Shown here one piece after another: positions 27,272-42,321 of a stretch of DNA of 64,000 nt. Origin of the DNA: Eledone cirrhosa (Eukaryota). The notes under the pieces are model-generated. The model was given only the letters and a program-made list of their open reading frames with translations. It was not told the origin of the DNA and did no database searches. Both the position numbers and the translations under genes were made by a program. The stretch is from the NCBI GenBank assembly GCA_964016885.1, contig OZ024752.1, forward strand, positions 14,012,001 through 14,076,000, in the 5' to 3' direction. Each line of letters opens with the position of its first letter. The first letter of the stretch is position 1.

Positions 27272-27392
27272 ATAATTGTTTCTACTATTGGAACAAGGCC
27301 AGCAATTACCCAGTACATTACTGGTACTTTATTTTATCGACCCCGTAAAGATGAAAGGCAAAGTTAACCTCGGCGGGATTTGAACTCAGAAT
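27272..27392 (-). mobile_element. 5'-truncated SINE with target-site duplication
   Basis: ctcgttaataat on both flanks; an older + strand SINE lies at ~27055-27205. Confidence 0.88.
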
Positions 27393-28342
27393 GCTCGTTA
27401 ATAATGCTTTGTATTTTTGTATACGAGAAGAGCAAATGTGTGTGTAAATATAGCATCTTGAAAGATTTGGATTCATCGATGAAACCTATACTTGATAAGT
27501 TCACCTGCTAGAAATAGTAGCCAAATTCATTTAAATCTCATCATATTGCGTGAAATATCGAAATGATACATTAGACAATATAGTATAAGATATTCCGGGG
27601 TTTATCCGAATGTCAGGAGTAGAGTGGCCTTGAATACATGCGTACATTGTCCATTTGTATCTGGTACTAAACGTATTAACAAATTAGGCTATATATTCAG
27701 ACAGTGCTCGTTTAATCATAACTGCTATAAGTGCTGCGAATGTCATAGACGAAACATCTTCCTTTTCCCTTACATACACTGTTGGATACAACACCTGTAT
27801 TTGCATCACCTACTCCACAGTATTGAATTCCTTCCAGTCGTGAACATTATACGACAAGAAACGTTACATACTGTATTTCTAGTAGCGTTAACAATCTCCA
27901 AAATCCACATACACCAAATAATCAATATGTAATCTTGAACAAGCATATATCCTATATAATCAATATCCAATCACAATGGCACCATTTCGTCTCGAGAGCC
28001 ACATCAGTTTTCAAGTAGAAAAAGTCGTTAATCCTTTAGAAAACAAAAATACCCACAATACTGGATCAAACGTACTAATACCGTCTAACAATTTGTTTCA
28101 TTTTGTTTTTTACTGTATCTACCTTTCTCTTTCCCAATCACACTCCACTCTCTGTCCGTTCTCTCAAACACCTTCCTCTTCATTTGTCTGATTCTTCTGT
28201 TGGTTCTATAATATTACCATCATTATTACACGTATAAATGATTCTTCGTCTGGAAGGCGTATCCGATTTGTATGAAAAGAATCCAAAATCAATTGTAGCA
28301 AGTAATGTTGTTGAGAGAATTCAAATATTAATCGGTATAGAT

Positions 28343-28636
28343 CAATGGTTCGCAACCTTTTGTGCACCATGTCCCTCCCACCCCGATTTATATGAAAACA
28401 GCAATTAACAATTGCAAAGTGTAAACAAATTGGTGTATAGGTGATGCAAGATTCACAGTAACATGTGTGGAGAAGGTGAGACGTGTTTCTGACAGTAATG
28501 CGCAGCAAAGTTTTCTTGGTGTAAAACAAATAAGGTAAAACCTGAAGTTTGTCTCATTAACATCATTTTAAAATAGGCCCCTTAAATAGTTTATTTGCTC
28601 CCTTGTGGCTTGTGCGCCCAACGTTGGGAATTATTG
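28343..28636. mobile_element. hAT-type MITE
   Basis: Imperfect TIRs caatggttcgcaac / gttgggaattattg; 8-bp duplication gtatagat on both sides. Confidence 0.75.
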
Positions 28637-28730
28637 GTATAGATAGAAATGTTTACCATATAAAGTTTGTTACAAATGTATGTCAATCTTATCAAATTCC
28701 TAACAAAGGTTAGTTAATTCCCAATATTTC

Positions 28731-28945
28731 AGTGGATTGGCAGTATTGGTAGAGCGTCAGACACCATGCTTTTCAGCATAGAGTTACGACCCTTTGCGTT
28801 CTCAGGTCAAATCCCGCCGAGTTTGGCTTTGTCATTCATATCTATGGGGTCGATAAAATAAAGCACCAGTAATGCACTGGGGTCGATTTAACCGACTTTC
28901 CCCTGCCTGCCCAAAATGGTTGGCCTTGTGCCTAAATTGAAACTT
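28731..28945 (+). mobile_element. tRNA-derived SINE
   Basis: A and B boxes and core. Confidence 0.85.
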
Positions 28946-28947
28946 CA

Positions 28948-29180
28948 TCTATATATCTAAAACAGAGAATGTCTGTCTGTCTGACTCCCTAAAAATCGAG
29001 AACCACCCAACCGATTTTTTTCAAACTTTACACATGTAATACTTATAGTTGTGAGAGTGTTCTGAGCAAAGAATGTTTAAAATTTTCCATGCCCTAGGGA
29101 CCGCATTAGATAGCTATAACGTCGCTCCCTTATAATATCTGTCTGTATGTCTGGCTGTTTACATTACGACATTATGACAC
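28948..29180 (+). mobile_element. Non-autonomous Helitron 5' fragment
   Basis: Reverse-complement homolog of ~2170-2469. Confidence 0.75.
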
Positions 29181-29389
29181 TATCTGTGTGTGTGTGTGCA
29201 TATATGTATACATATAGTGTGTATATATATATATATATATATATAGTATGTAACGTTTTTCGAAATATTTACTTCTGCGTTCACAGATTGATTTTTTTTT
29301 TAGTTTCAGAAGAGATCCCGTTAAGGGTGAAAGCAGCGATTCTTCGCTTAAACTTTAATCTTTTATTTTAATATATATACATATAATTA

Positions 29390-31275
29390 TATACAATATA
29401 TTAATAAATGGAAACTATATTTATATAACCATAATTATTTTATTATATATATTTCAAGGGCGACCAAGGTAAATTATGGTGCGCTTTCATCAGATAAAAT
29501 ACAGATTTGTTTTATAAATAAATATTGACATACCCTGAAAATAGACAGCCTCAACGGTTGAAATTCACTGGATAGTGGAGATAATTGAGGGTGATACAAA
29601 GTTGTGAGTGAGTATGCAAATGAGTGTCCGAAAAATTGAAAATAACAACGGTTTATTTAAATTAAATTGTTGGAAGAAAATAGATGTAAAAGGGAGAGAG
29701 ACAAAATAGATGTAAAAGGGAGAGAGACAAAATAGATATAAAAGGGAGAGAGACAAGATAGATTTAAAAGGGAGAGAGACAAAAAATTGAGAGGGAGAGA
29801 GATAAAGAGAGAAAAAATTAAGAGGATGAGAGATAGAGAGAAAACATTTATTGAAAGGAGGGAGATAGAATAGTGAGATGGGAGAGAGAAGATAATAGAA
29901 AGAGAAAGAGAGATATACAAAAAAAAAGAGAAAAGATATAATATTGAGAGAGAGTGAAGGAAAGAACAAATATTGAGATGGAGAGGGAACGGAAAAAGTA
30001 TTGAGAGGGAGAGAGAAAAGAATATTAGTGAGGGGGGAGTAGAGAAAGAGAAAAATGGGCGAAGTGGGCGAAGAAATAAATTTTATATGGATGAGTAGTC
30101 AGAATGTAAAAATATCATTCATTATGTTATGTTTATATTATTTATAAATGGAAAGTTAAAAAATGTTATTAATGATAAAAAATCTTTACAAAAGAATATT
30201 GTTATAACTTAGTTAAACATTTAGCCAGAAATTTAATTAAAATTTAATTAGAATTTAATTAAAATTTAATTAATTACAATAAGATATATTATAAAAAGAT
30301 GTATTTAAACATTTATTAAGATGTACTAATACTATATAGGTTTAGATGGGTATTTTATGTTATAGGTTATAAATTATTTGAATGTATAATATTTTGCATT
30401 GGAAATAAAACAAGTATAGTTTAATTGATTAAAGTAAGTTTGGCAAAATTATATTTAGCCAGAGTTTATTAATAGTTATAAGTAAAATCTTAAACATCAA
30501 ATATTTATGAAGATTTACGAGAGTTTAGAAAGGAAATATTATTTAATTAGGAGTATATATTAAAACAATTTACAATTTCGACTATAAATTAAACCTATAA
30601 AGATTGAGATTATAAAAACAATAAGGAAGTTTAATGGAAGTTAAAAGGGATTTTTAAAAACCCAAATGACTCCAAGGATAGGTAAAAATCACTACGAAAG
30701 TTATAAGAAGTTATAAAATTTCATCTTAAAATATAATTAAAATATAAGACATAATTATTCCACATATATATAAATAATATAAATTGGATATATATAAAAA
30801 TACATATGTATTAAAAATAGTTGGATATATATGAAAATACATAAGTATTAAACATGTTTAGAATATTGGAAGATGTAGGGGTAATGGAAGATAAGAAAAT
30901 AGTGGTTTGTCGTATCTTTCAAAACAACCTTTCAAAAATTTAATCATAAGTTTTACAAAAATTTCCAGGAGGTGTTTCTAAGGAAATTTTTAGAGTTTTT
31001 TAAAACCTTTATTTAGTTCTTGTAAACATCGGTTAAACTCAACTTTTAGATATATATATATATATATTATTTAATATATGTTCATTTTTCCTTACATAAC
31101 GTTTTCTACATCAAAACACCTGGAATCTCTTCGCTCAGATTATATATATCAATATAATTCTAACCTTCCTAAATATATAAAGTAAACTTATTAATTTTAA
31201 TTAACTACTTAAAACCTTTACTTTCTAATATTTATATTATCGCACTTTTCAATCCTACCTCCAGAAATTCTTTTA
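29390..31275. mobile_element. PLE remnant: inverted terminal region plus sense ORF end
   Basis: HHR on the minus strand at 29436-29501; 31008-31055 encodes LFSSCKHRLNSTFRY, matching the C-terminus of the PLE ORF at 54327-54372. Confidence 0.65.
29436..29501 (-). ncRNA. Type I hammerhead ribozyme (PLE-type)
   Basis: tattttat-CTGATGA-aagcgcacca..tggtcgccctt-GAAA-tatata-TA-ataaaata. Confidence 0.8.
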
Positions 31276-31278
31276 TGA

Positions 31279-31367
<89 letters not shown>

Positions 31368-31428
31368 TATATATATAATTATATATACGATATTAAACAA
31401 ATGGAAACTATATTTATAAAACCATATT

Positions 31429-31494
31429 TATTTCATTATACATATTTCAGGGATACCATATTAAAAATATGGCATGCCTTCTTCAGATAAAATA
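31429..31494 (-). ncRNA. Type I hammerhead ribozyme
   Basis: Inverted copy of 32599-32664. Confidence 0.8.
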
Positions 31495-32598
31495 CAATAT
31501 ATACGCAGTTTTATAAATAAATTTGACGTACCATAAATATTGTTCAACTTCCATTTAAAGAAGTTGGTTTGGTAGTGAAATGTTTGTAAATATTTAGTGT
31601 TAAGCACAGTTAAAAAGAAACACGGAGAGAAGGAATAAATGTATGTAAAGAAATGTATGTGGTTGATATGGGGCGCATACTGTGTTTTTTTATGGCCCTA
31701 GATACTCTAGGGAGTGATGAAAGTATTCTTAGCGTTTTGATATATTAATATCTGTTGTCTATTCTATACATGAACGATAATCATGTATGTGAGTGCAGGA
31801 ATATTAATATTAATATATATTTTTATGCATGTGTATGTATATATATATATAGTAGAATCTTTTATAACGCAAGGGAAATTTTTTTCATGTGAAATAAGAA
31901 ATTACAGAGCTGATCACGTAAGTTCACGTGTATATCTATAGTGTCAACTAGAACTTTCCGGAAAGTACATATATACTTATGTATTTTTGAAGTATTATCT
32001 CAGTTTTTGATATATCGACCTAAGAATTTTTAAACTAAACATATGGTCATTATTTTTCACACATTATATATCTATGTCTCATTCATGAATATTGATATTT
32101 GCATTATAATACCCAATTCATATGAATTGATAATTCAAACTGATAGGACATAACGTAAAGTTATAAATCTGTCATCCTTCTCTCTAGATATAACTCTTTC
32201 TTCTCCACCCTCTATACATGATGAAATTTAAGTATCGCTGTTTTCTTTTTATTTCTCTCCGTCTCCTTAACACTATAACTAAATAAATAAATGAATAAAT
32301 AATTACAGTACTCCCTCCCTACTAAATCTCTCAATTTGTATGATGAAATATTATTATTATTCATCTGTTGCCTCAGCTGCCTCTCATTTTTCACCCCCTC
32401 ACTATTTCTCTCTCCCATATCTCTCTCTATCTCTCTCTGTTTTTCTTTACATACATTTTCTTTACATACGTCTTTCTTTTTAACTGTGCTTAACACTAAA
32501 TATTTACAAACATTTCACTACCAAACCAACTTTTTTAAATGGAAGTTGAACAATATTTATGGGACGTCAAATTTATTTATAAAACTGCTTATATATTG

Positions 32599-32664
32599 TA
32601 TTTTATCTGAAGAAGGCATGCCATATTTTTAATATGGTATCCCTGAAATATGTATAATGAAATA
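32599..32664 (+). ncRNA. Type I hammerhead ribozyme
   Basis: tattttat-CTGAAGA-aggcatgccatatt..aatatggtatccct-GAAA-tatgta-TA-atgaaata. Confidence 0.85.
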
Positions 32665-32799
32665 AATATGGTTTTATAAATATAGTTTCCATTTGTTTAA
32701 TATCGTATATCTACTCCAAAACTTGTTGAGTGCTTTATATCAGTTATAAAATATTTATTCGTTGTAACCCAATAATTTTAAATAAAACTTTTGCATATA

Positions 32800-32885
<86 letters not shown>

Positions 32886-32926
32886 TTCAAAATATTAACA
32901 AAAATAGACATTCGTGTGATCAAGTA

Positions 32927-32993
32927 TATTTTATTATACATATTTCAGAGGTACTGAGCTATCTTCAACAGTACGTCCTCATCAGATAAAATA
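32927..32993 (-). ncRNA. Type I hammerhead ribozyme
   Basis: tattttat-CTGATGA-ggacgtactg..cagtacctct-GAAA-tatgta-TA-ataaaata; same family as 46285-46350. Confidence 0.8.
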
Positions 32994-33119
32994 AGATGAT
33001 GAATGACATACCCTGACATAGTATATGGTTAAGATTCTGTCATGGTAGTGAATATGTTATGACAAGACTCAATATTTATATACCTTAAGATTGAGACATA
33101 AAAAAACTTTACATATAAT

Positions 33120-36830
<3,711 letters not shown>

Positions 36831-37413
36831 TATAATATATTTATTATATTTTATTGTTTTTATTTTTTTTATTTTTCTTAATTTATAGATACATTTATAT
36901 TAGGCTGTCTGGTCTGACAATCTAATACTGACCCCTCCCCCCCCCTCCCACCTAATTTCTGTATCTTGATCTTGAAATGTGTGTACCAGTGGTTTTATGT
37001 GAGTGACTTAATTTCTATTTGCTTATGATTTTATATCCACATATATAAATGTGAGTGGGGGAGTGTGTGTGTTTGTATGTTCGTGGTTATGTGTATATTT
37101 ATGCATATACGCACATGTATGTGTGATTATACTGATATGTGTGAGTATGAAAAAATATATTTATATGCTTGACTCCATAAGTATCATTGCGTATCTTATC
37201 AGCGCATTAAGCTTACAGAGATATTAACCTTGAAATTTTGTGTTTGCATCCATCTTTTTAGTATGCACATACAAATTATACACACATTATTGTAAAATAT
37301 GTGTAAGGTTTTTACATGTATATACACACACCAAACTGCTTTTAACCCTTTGTGTTTTCATTGGTCAATTTTGAACTGATATTTTGAATTGTTGTTATTA
37401 TCAATAAATATAC

Positions 37414-37568
37414 TTCATTATTTCTGAAGACGGCGTATATATGAGTTAGGTATGTATATTTAATCTTGATAATTTGTATAATTTTGTATAATTTTGTACA
37501 TAGATCTGTTAAATATGCATACCAATTATAACACATATATACCCTAGAAACGATCGTTAAATAGTGAA
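37414..37568 (+). ncRNA. Type I hammerhead ribozyme with very long stem II
   Basis: ttcattattt-CTGAAGA-[~115 nt hairpin]-GAAA-cgatcg-TT-aaatagtgaa; 10-bp stem I. Confidence 0.8.
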
Positions 37569-37779
37569 CTTTTTTTGTTTAATATAAGGAATTGTTTGTT
37601 CATTATTTGTTTAATATTTTATCTTGACTCTGTATACCGTTTATCTTTCACCGAAAGTGGATTTTCATTACATCTCTTCTTTCCATGATATCCGGAATAC
37701 ATTGAGTTCTTCATACGGATTGGACACTACCGTAAACTCTTGGTAGATTTATCTACATATATTTATATATATATATATT

Positions 37780-37890
<111 letters not shown>

Positions 37891-37895
37891 ATATT

Positions 37896-38912
37896 TATAA
37901 TAGAAGAAGTTAATATGCCCGTAGGTACTAAGTACCTCTGGAAATATATAGGTTGTATATGATTTAAGTTTGTTCTATGGTATTAATTTGACAGACCAGA
38001 ACTATAATATTAAGATAAGCAGAACAAGCAAAATTCACCCAATTTTTTAAAATAAATAAAAAAATATAATTTAGATATTTACCTATTCTTTTGGCCCTTA
38101 CCGTTCGGTTTCGCTTTGTAAAACATCAGAAATCCAATGGATTTCCAATGGAAAATCAAAGTTCATCAGAGAAGCATTTTCCTTCCCTAGGGGTAAAGAC
38201 CCAGGAACGATAAAATATATTGTTATCTGCCAGCTAGCACAGATCCAAAAGGCCGAAAAATGACCTGTACGTGAACTACCCGAGGTGAAAGCGGGAAAAG
38301 CATAGACGTGTTGTCTATCTCGTTACTAAAAATAGCAGCTAAATATACACAACAGATTTGTTCTCAACATAACGGAGTATAATAATAGAAGAAGTTAATA
38401 TGCCCGTGGGTACTAAGTACCCCTGGGAATATATAGGTTGTATATGATTTAAGGTTGTTCTATGGTATTAATTTGACATACCAGAACTATATATTTCCAG
38501 GGGTACTTAGTACCCACGGGCATATTAACTTCTATTATTATACTCCGTTATGTTGAGAACAAATCTGTTGTGTATATTTAGCTGCTATTTTTAGTAACGA
38601 GATAGACAACACGTCTATGCTTTTCCCGCTTTCACCTCGGGTAGTTCACGTACAGGTCATTTTTCGGCCTTTTGGATCTGTGCTAGCTGGCAGATAACAA
38701 TATATTTTATCGTTCCTGGGTCTTTAGCCCTAGGAAAGGAAAATGCTTCTCTGATGAGCTTTGATTTTCCATTGGAAATCCATTGGATTTCTGGTGTTTC
38801 ACAAAGCGAAACCGATCGGTAAGGGCCAAAAGAATAGGTAAATATTTAAATTATATTTTTTAATTTATTTTAAAAAATTGGTTGAATTTTGCTTGTTCTG
38901 CTTATCTTAATA
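37896..38912. mobile_element. Retrozyme-like element A: ~485-bp HHR unit in two divergent arms
   Basis: Direct repeat with period 485 (37901 vs 38386), inversion at ~38490, HHRs at 38094-38175(-) and 38745-38826(+), (TA)n flanks. Confidence 0.8.
38745..38826 (+). ncRNA. Type I hammerhead ribozyme
   Basis: gcttct-CTGATGA-gctttg..caaagc-GAAA-ccgatcgg-TA-agggc. Confidence 0.88.
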
Positions 38913-38920
38913 TATATATT

Positions 38921-39020
<100 letters not shown>

Positions 39021-39068
39021 TATTTATATATATATATATTTATATATATATATATATTTATATATATT

Positions 39069-39101
<33 letters not shown>

Positions 39102-39331
39102 ATATTTATTTATATATATATATAATATATTTATATATATATATATATATTTATTTATATATATATTTATATATATATATATTTATATATATATATATAT
39201 ATATATTTATATCAAACATATGTGCTAAGTTTAGAATTCATTAAATATTTCGTCAAAGTTTGTAATGAAAATAAATGAACTGGGTTACTTCATTAGTTAC
39301 TCTACTTAAAGGTATCTAAATATATAAAGAT

Positions 39332-39500
39332 AGTTTCTGATTTAGGCACAAGGCCAACCATTTTTTGTGGATGTCGGTTAAATCAACTCCAGTGCGATGC
39401 TCGTACCTTATTTTATCAACGCCGCAGAGATGCAAGGCGAAGCATTTGAACTTAGAACATAAAGGGACTTAGCTAAATACCGCAAAGGATGTTCTGCGAC
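39332..39500 (-). mobile_element. Old SINE copy
   Basis: Diverged core and B box. Confidence 0.7.
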
Positions 39501-40081
39501 GCAATGTGGAAATTTAGTAACTAATTCTACACTGACAGAACCTAATTGTCTAATGGTATTTGGTAAATATATAAAATAACTTCTTTGAATCTAAACCACA
39601 GTAAGAAAAAAGCTAAATAATTAATAAGATTGCTAATTTAGCTGCATTTAACTTTACTATTTCAAAGCTGAATGTTCAGAATCAGTATAAAATCTGTTAG
39701 AATTATATAATATTCAAGGGTTTCACTGGAAGAAAATAAAATCTTCTTAAAATGGTGTTATTGGAGCTAGTATTCACTTTCTATAGTTAGAAAAGAAAAA
39801 AAAACGATTTCCTCTTTCAGTGCACACAATGTCTGAGACATGCTAGGAATATTCTGGTAGTAAATAGAATTAGTGTTAATAATATTAGTGAATTACAAAA
39901 ATTACAGAGATATTTAACATCCAAATAAACATAGGAAAACATACCTTTGAAGAAGGAAAATGAGAGGAAAATATTTCACTCTAAAATGACAAATGCTACT
40001 AAAAATCAACACACTAAAAAAAATAGAAATAGCATTTTTCAGTTACTAAAATATGTCCGGCAGAATCATGGTCTCTCTCTT

Positions 40082-40112
<31 letters not shown>

Positions 40113-40389
40113 TTTCTCTCTCTCTTTTCTCTCTTTCTCTCTCTTTTCTCTCTTTCTCTCTCTATTTCTCTCTTTCTTTTTCTCGTTCTTTTTCTTTTTC
40201 TCTTTCTCCCTCTTTCTCTCTCTCTCTTTCTACCTCTCTTTCTCATAAAGGAATAAAATAACAAGGATTTAATTACATTAGATTATTTAATTGATTTACA
40301 AATGATTCTATCAATAAAAAAGTTGAGCTTTCGTTATTCTTTGCCTTATATGGTTATTGGTTATGTTATTAATTTGTCTAAACTATTAT

Positions 40390-40700
40390 ATGGCCTGGTC
40401 GCTCTCGAGTGCTACTTGTAACATGTAACTCAGTACAACCTGTCCCATGGTCGATCCGTCGGCGACTAAACCGGCAACACCACCAAGCTAGCTGGGTGAG
40501 GTGGGTGATATTGGACACCCTGCGGGATGAAATACAAGACCCAGAAAAGGGCGGAGGAACTCAGCAGAGTCAACGGCCTTGTTTGTTTGTTTTTTCACCT
40601 GGGAGTGAAAGGCTCCCAATTTGTTGTCACAACATATTTCTAGGAAACTCTGACAAAAACCCGTGGCTTCGGAAGTATCCGATGATGTTAACCATTTCTC
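40390..40700 (+). repeat. GC-rich structured repeat, probable RTE LINE 5' leader
   Basis: Homologous to 61222-61530 (gtgctact..gtaacatgta..ggtcg..ggcgactaaac.ggcaac). Confidence 0.55.
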
Positions 40701-40729
40701 CTTTTCGCTAATCTTTGATATTATATTGG

Positions 40730-42205
40730 CATGCCTTATTTTCCCTGAACCCTATCATTGTATCTGGTCTGTTACCCCTGAATTTTATTGGTGTTTTTAC
40801 TGGAACATTCCACCAATTCTCTTTCATATTATGTATATGTATGTCTTCCACATTGTTGTAGCTTTTAATGTGTTTATTATCGTAGCTTTCTTTTCTACGG
40901 ATTGCATTGTACAGTGTTTTGGCCACTACATGATGCCTGATAGGTAGATAGTACCGCGATGCCCTCTTTGGACACCTGCTTATGACATGGGTAACATCTT
41001 CGATGTCAATTCTGCAGAGTCTGCACTTGTCACATCTAGGTGTTTTGCCTGCATCCCTATCTCTTTTTTGAATCAGGTATTTTGTGTTGATTTCCTGTTC
41101 TTGGATTGCAAATATAGCGGTTGTTGATCGAAGATAGACTACTTTGTTTATCTATATTACTCTCACTCTTGAGCTTCCTGCCAACATATTAATGCATGAA
41201 TTTTGTCTGATAAGCATGTAGTTTTTCATCCATAGATTACTGCGATACTGCTGGGCAATTTCCAGGGAGTGAGATTTTGATTATCATGCAGCGAGTATCT
41301 TTCAAGGATTTCCTTCCCTCTCAAATGATCTTATCTGTCTCAGGCAGAGATATTTGCTGAATAGATGGGCCCCTAAACTTGGAGGTTCATAGATGTTGTC
41401 GGGGGATATGATGTGTCATTCAAAGGCTGTCTGAAGTGATGGTAGGCCTCTGCCTCGCTGTTTACGTTTCAAGTACAGGTCGTCTATGTCACTGTTGATG
41501 TGGAAGAGACCGGTGTTGTTTAGAATTTTTTGTCTATTGTCCAATCGAGTATTTCAGACGTTAGTGTAAGGACAGTCACAGCAAACACACTGTGAGCCAC
41601 TGTTTTATTGTGCACAGAGAGTTCCGATAACCATATTTTTCTTATTCGGGTGTAATATTCCCTGGTTATGCGTTCTTTATTACAAATACCATTATAAAAT
41701 ATATTCTCAGCTGTCCCCAGGTATCTGTAGCACTCCTCGTCAGATATCGGTGAAACAGTTAGGCCATTGATAAAAATGTTGCTAGATTGGGTTGTAGTTT
41801 TTCCCGCTTTGAAGTCATATATGAACATTTATCTTGGCCAAACTCTATTCCTATATCCTTTGAGAATGTAACCAGTTCAAGATTTGTCTTCATCCCATTT
41901 ATGTTCTTAGCATATAGTTTCAGGTCATACACAAAGAAATTACGGGTTAAGTTCGTATTTCTGTCCTCCTATGAGCCAATGATGTATCCTTCACATTTCT
42001 TTAGCAGAAAGGACAAGGGTTTTAATGGCAGGATAAATAGTAGCACAGAGAGACTGTCTCCTTGAAATAAATCTCTGTGATATTCTATTTTTTCAGTGAA
42101 AATAGAGTCCTCCTTCTCTGTTTTTAACTCTGGGATAGTAGCCCAAGAAGTAGACAGCTTCTCTAATGTTCTGATAATAATGTCGGGCGAATTGGTCCAG
42201 AGAAT
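40730..42205 (-). mobile_element. Decayed R4/Dong-like LINE, second copy
   Basis: Reverse-complement homolog of 3584-4550 plus upstream RT (FQGDSLSVLLFI, FFVYDLKLYA). Confidence 0.85.
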
Positions 42206-42321
42206 GCTTTGTTATTCGTTCCCGCTCTCTACTCTCTGAGTTCAAATCTTGCTCAGGTCAACATTTCTTTTCATCCTTTCGAGGTCGATAAAAAAGTACC
42301 AGTCTAGTACTAGGGTCGATT

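Larger units (their letters stand above)
31385..32797 (+). mobile_element. PLE 3' UTR/terminal repeat with 5' inverted copy
   Basis: 31385-31622 is the reverse complement of ~32468-32710; 31665-32335 is homologous to 54730-55510. Confidence 0.8.

Noticed and set aside
37896-38912. Palindromes as sequencing or assembly foldback artefacts
   Set aside because: Arms differ by substitutions and indels, and orientation tracks the HHRs consistently; read-level confirmation is still advisable
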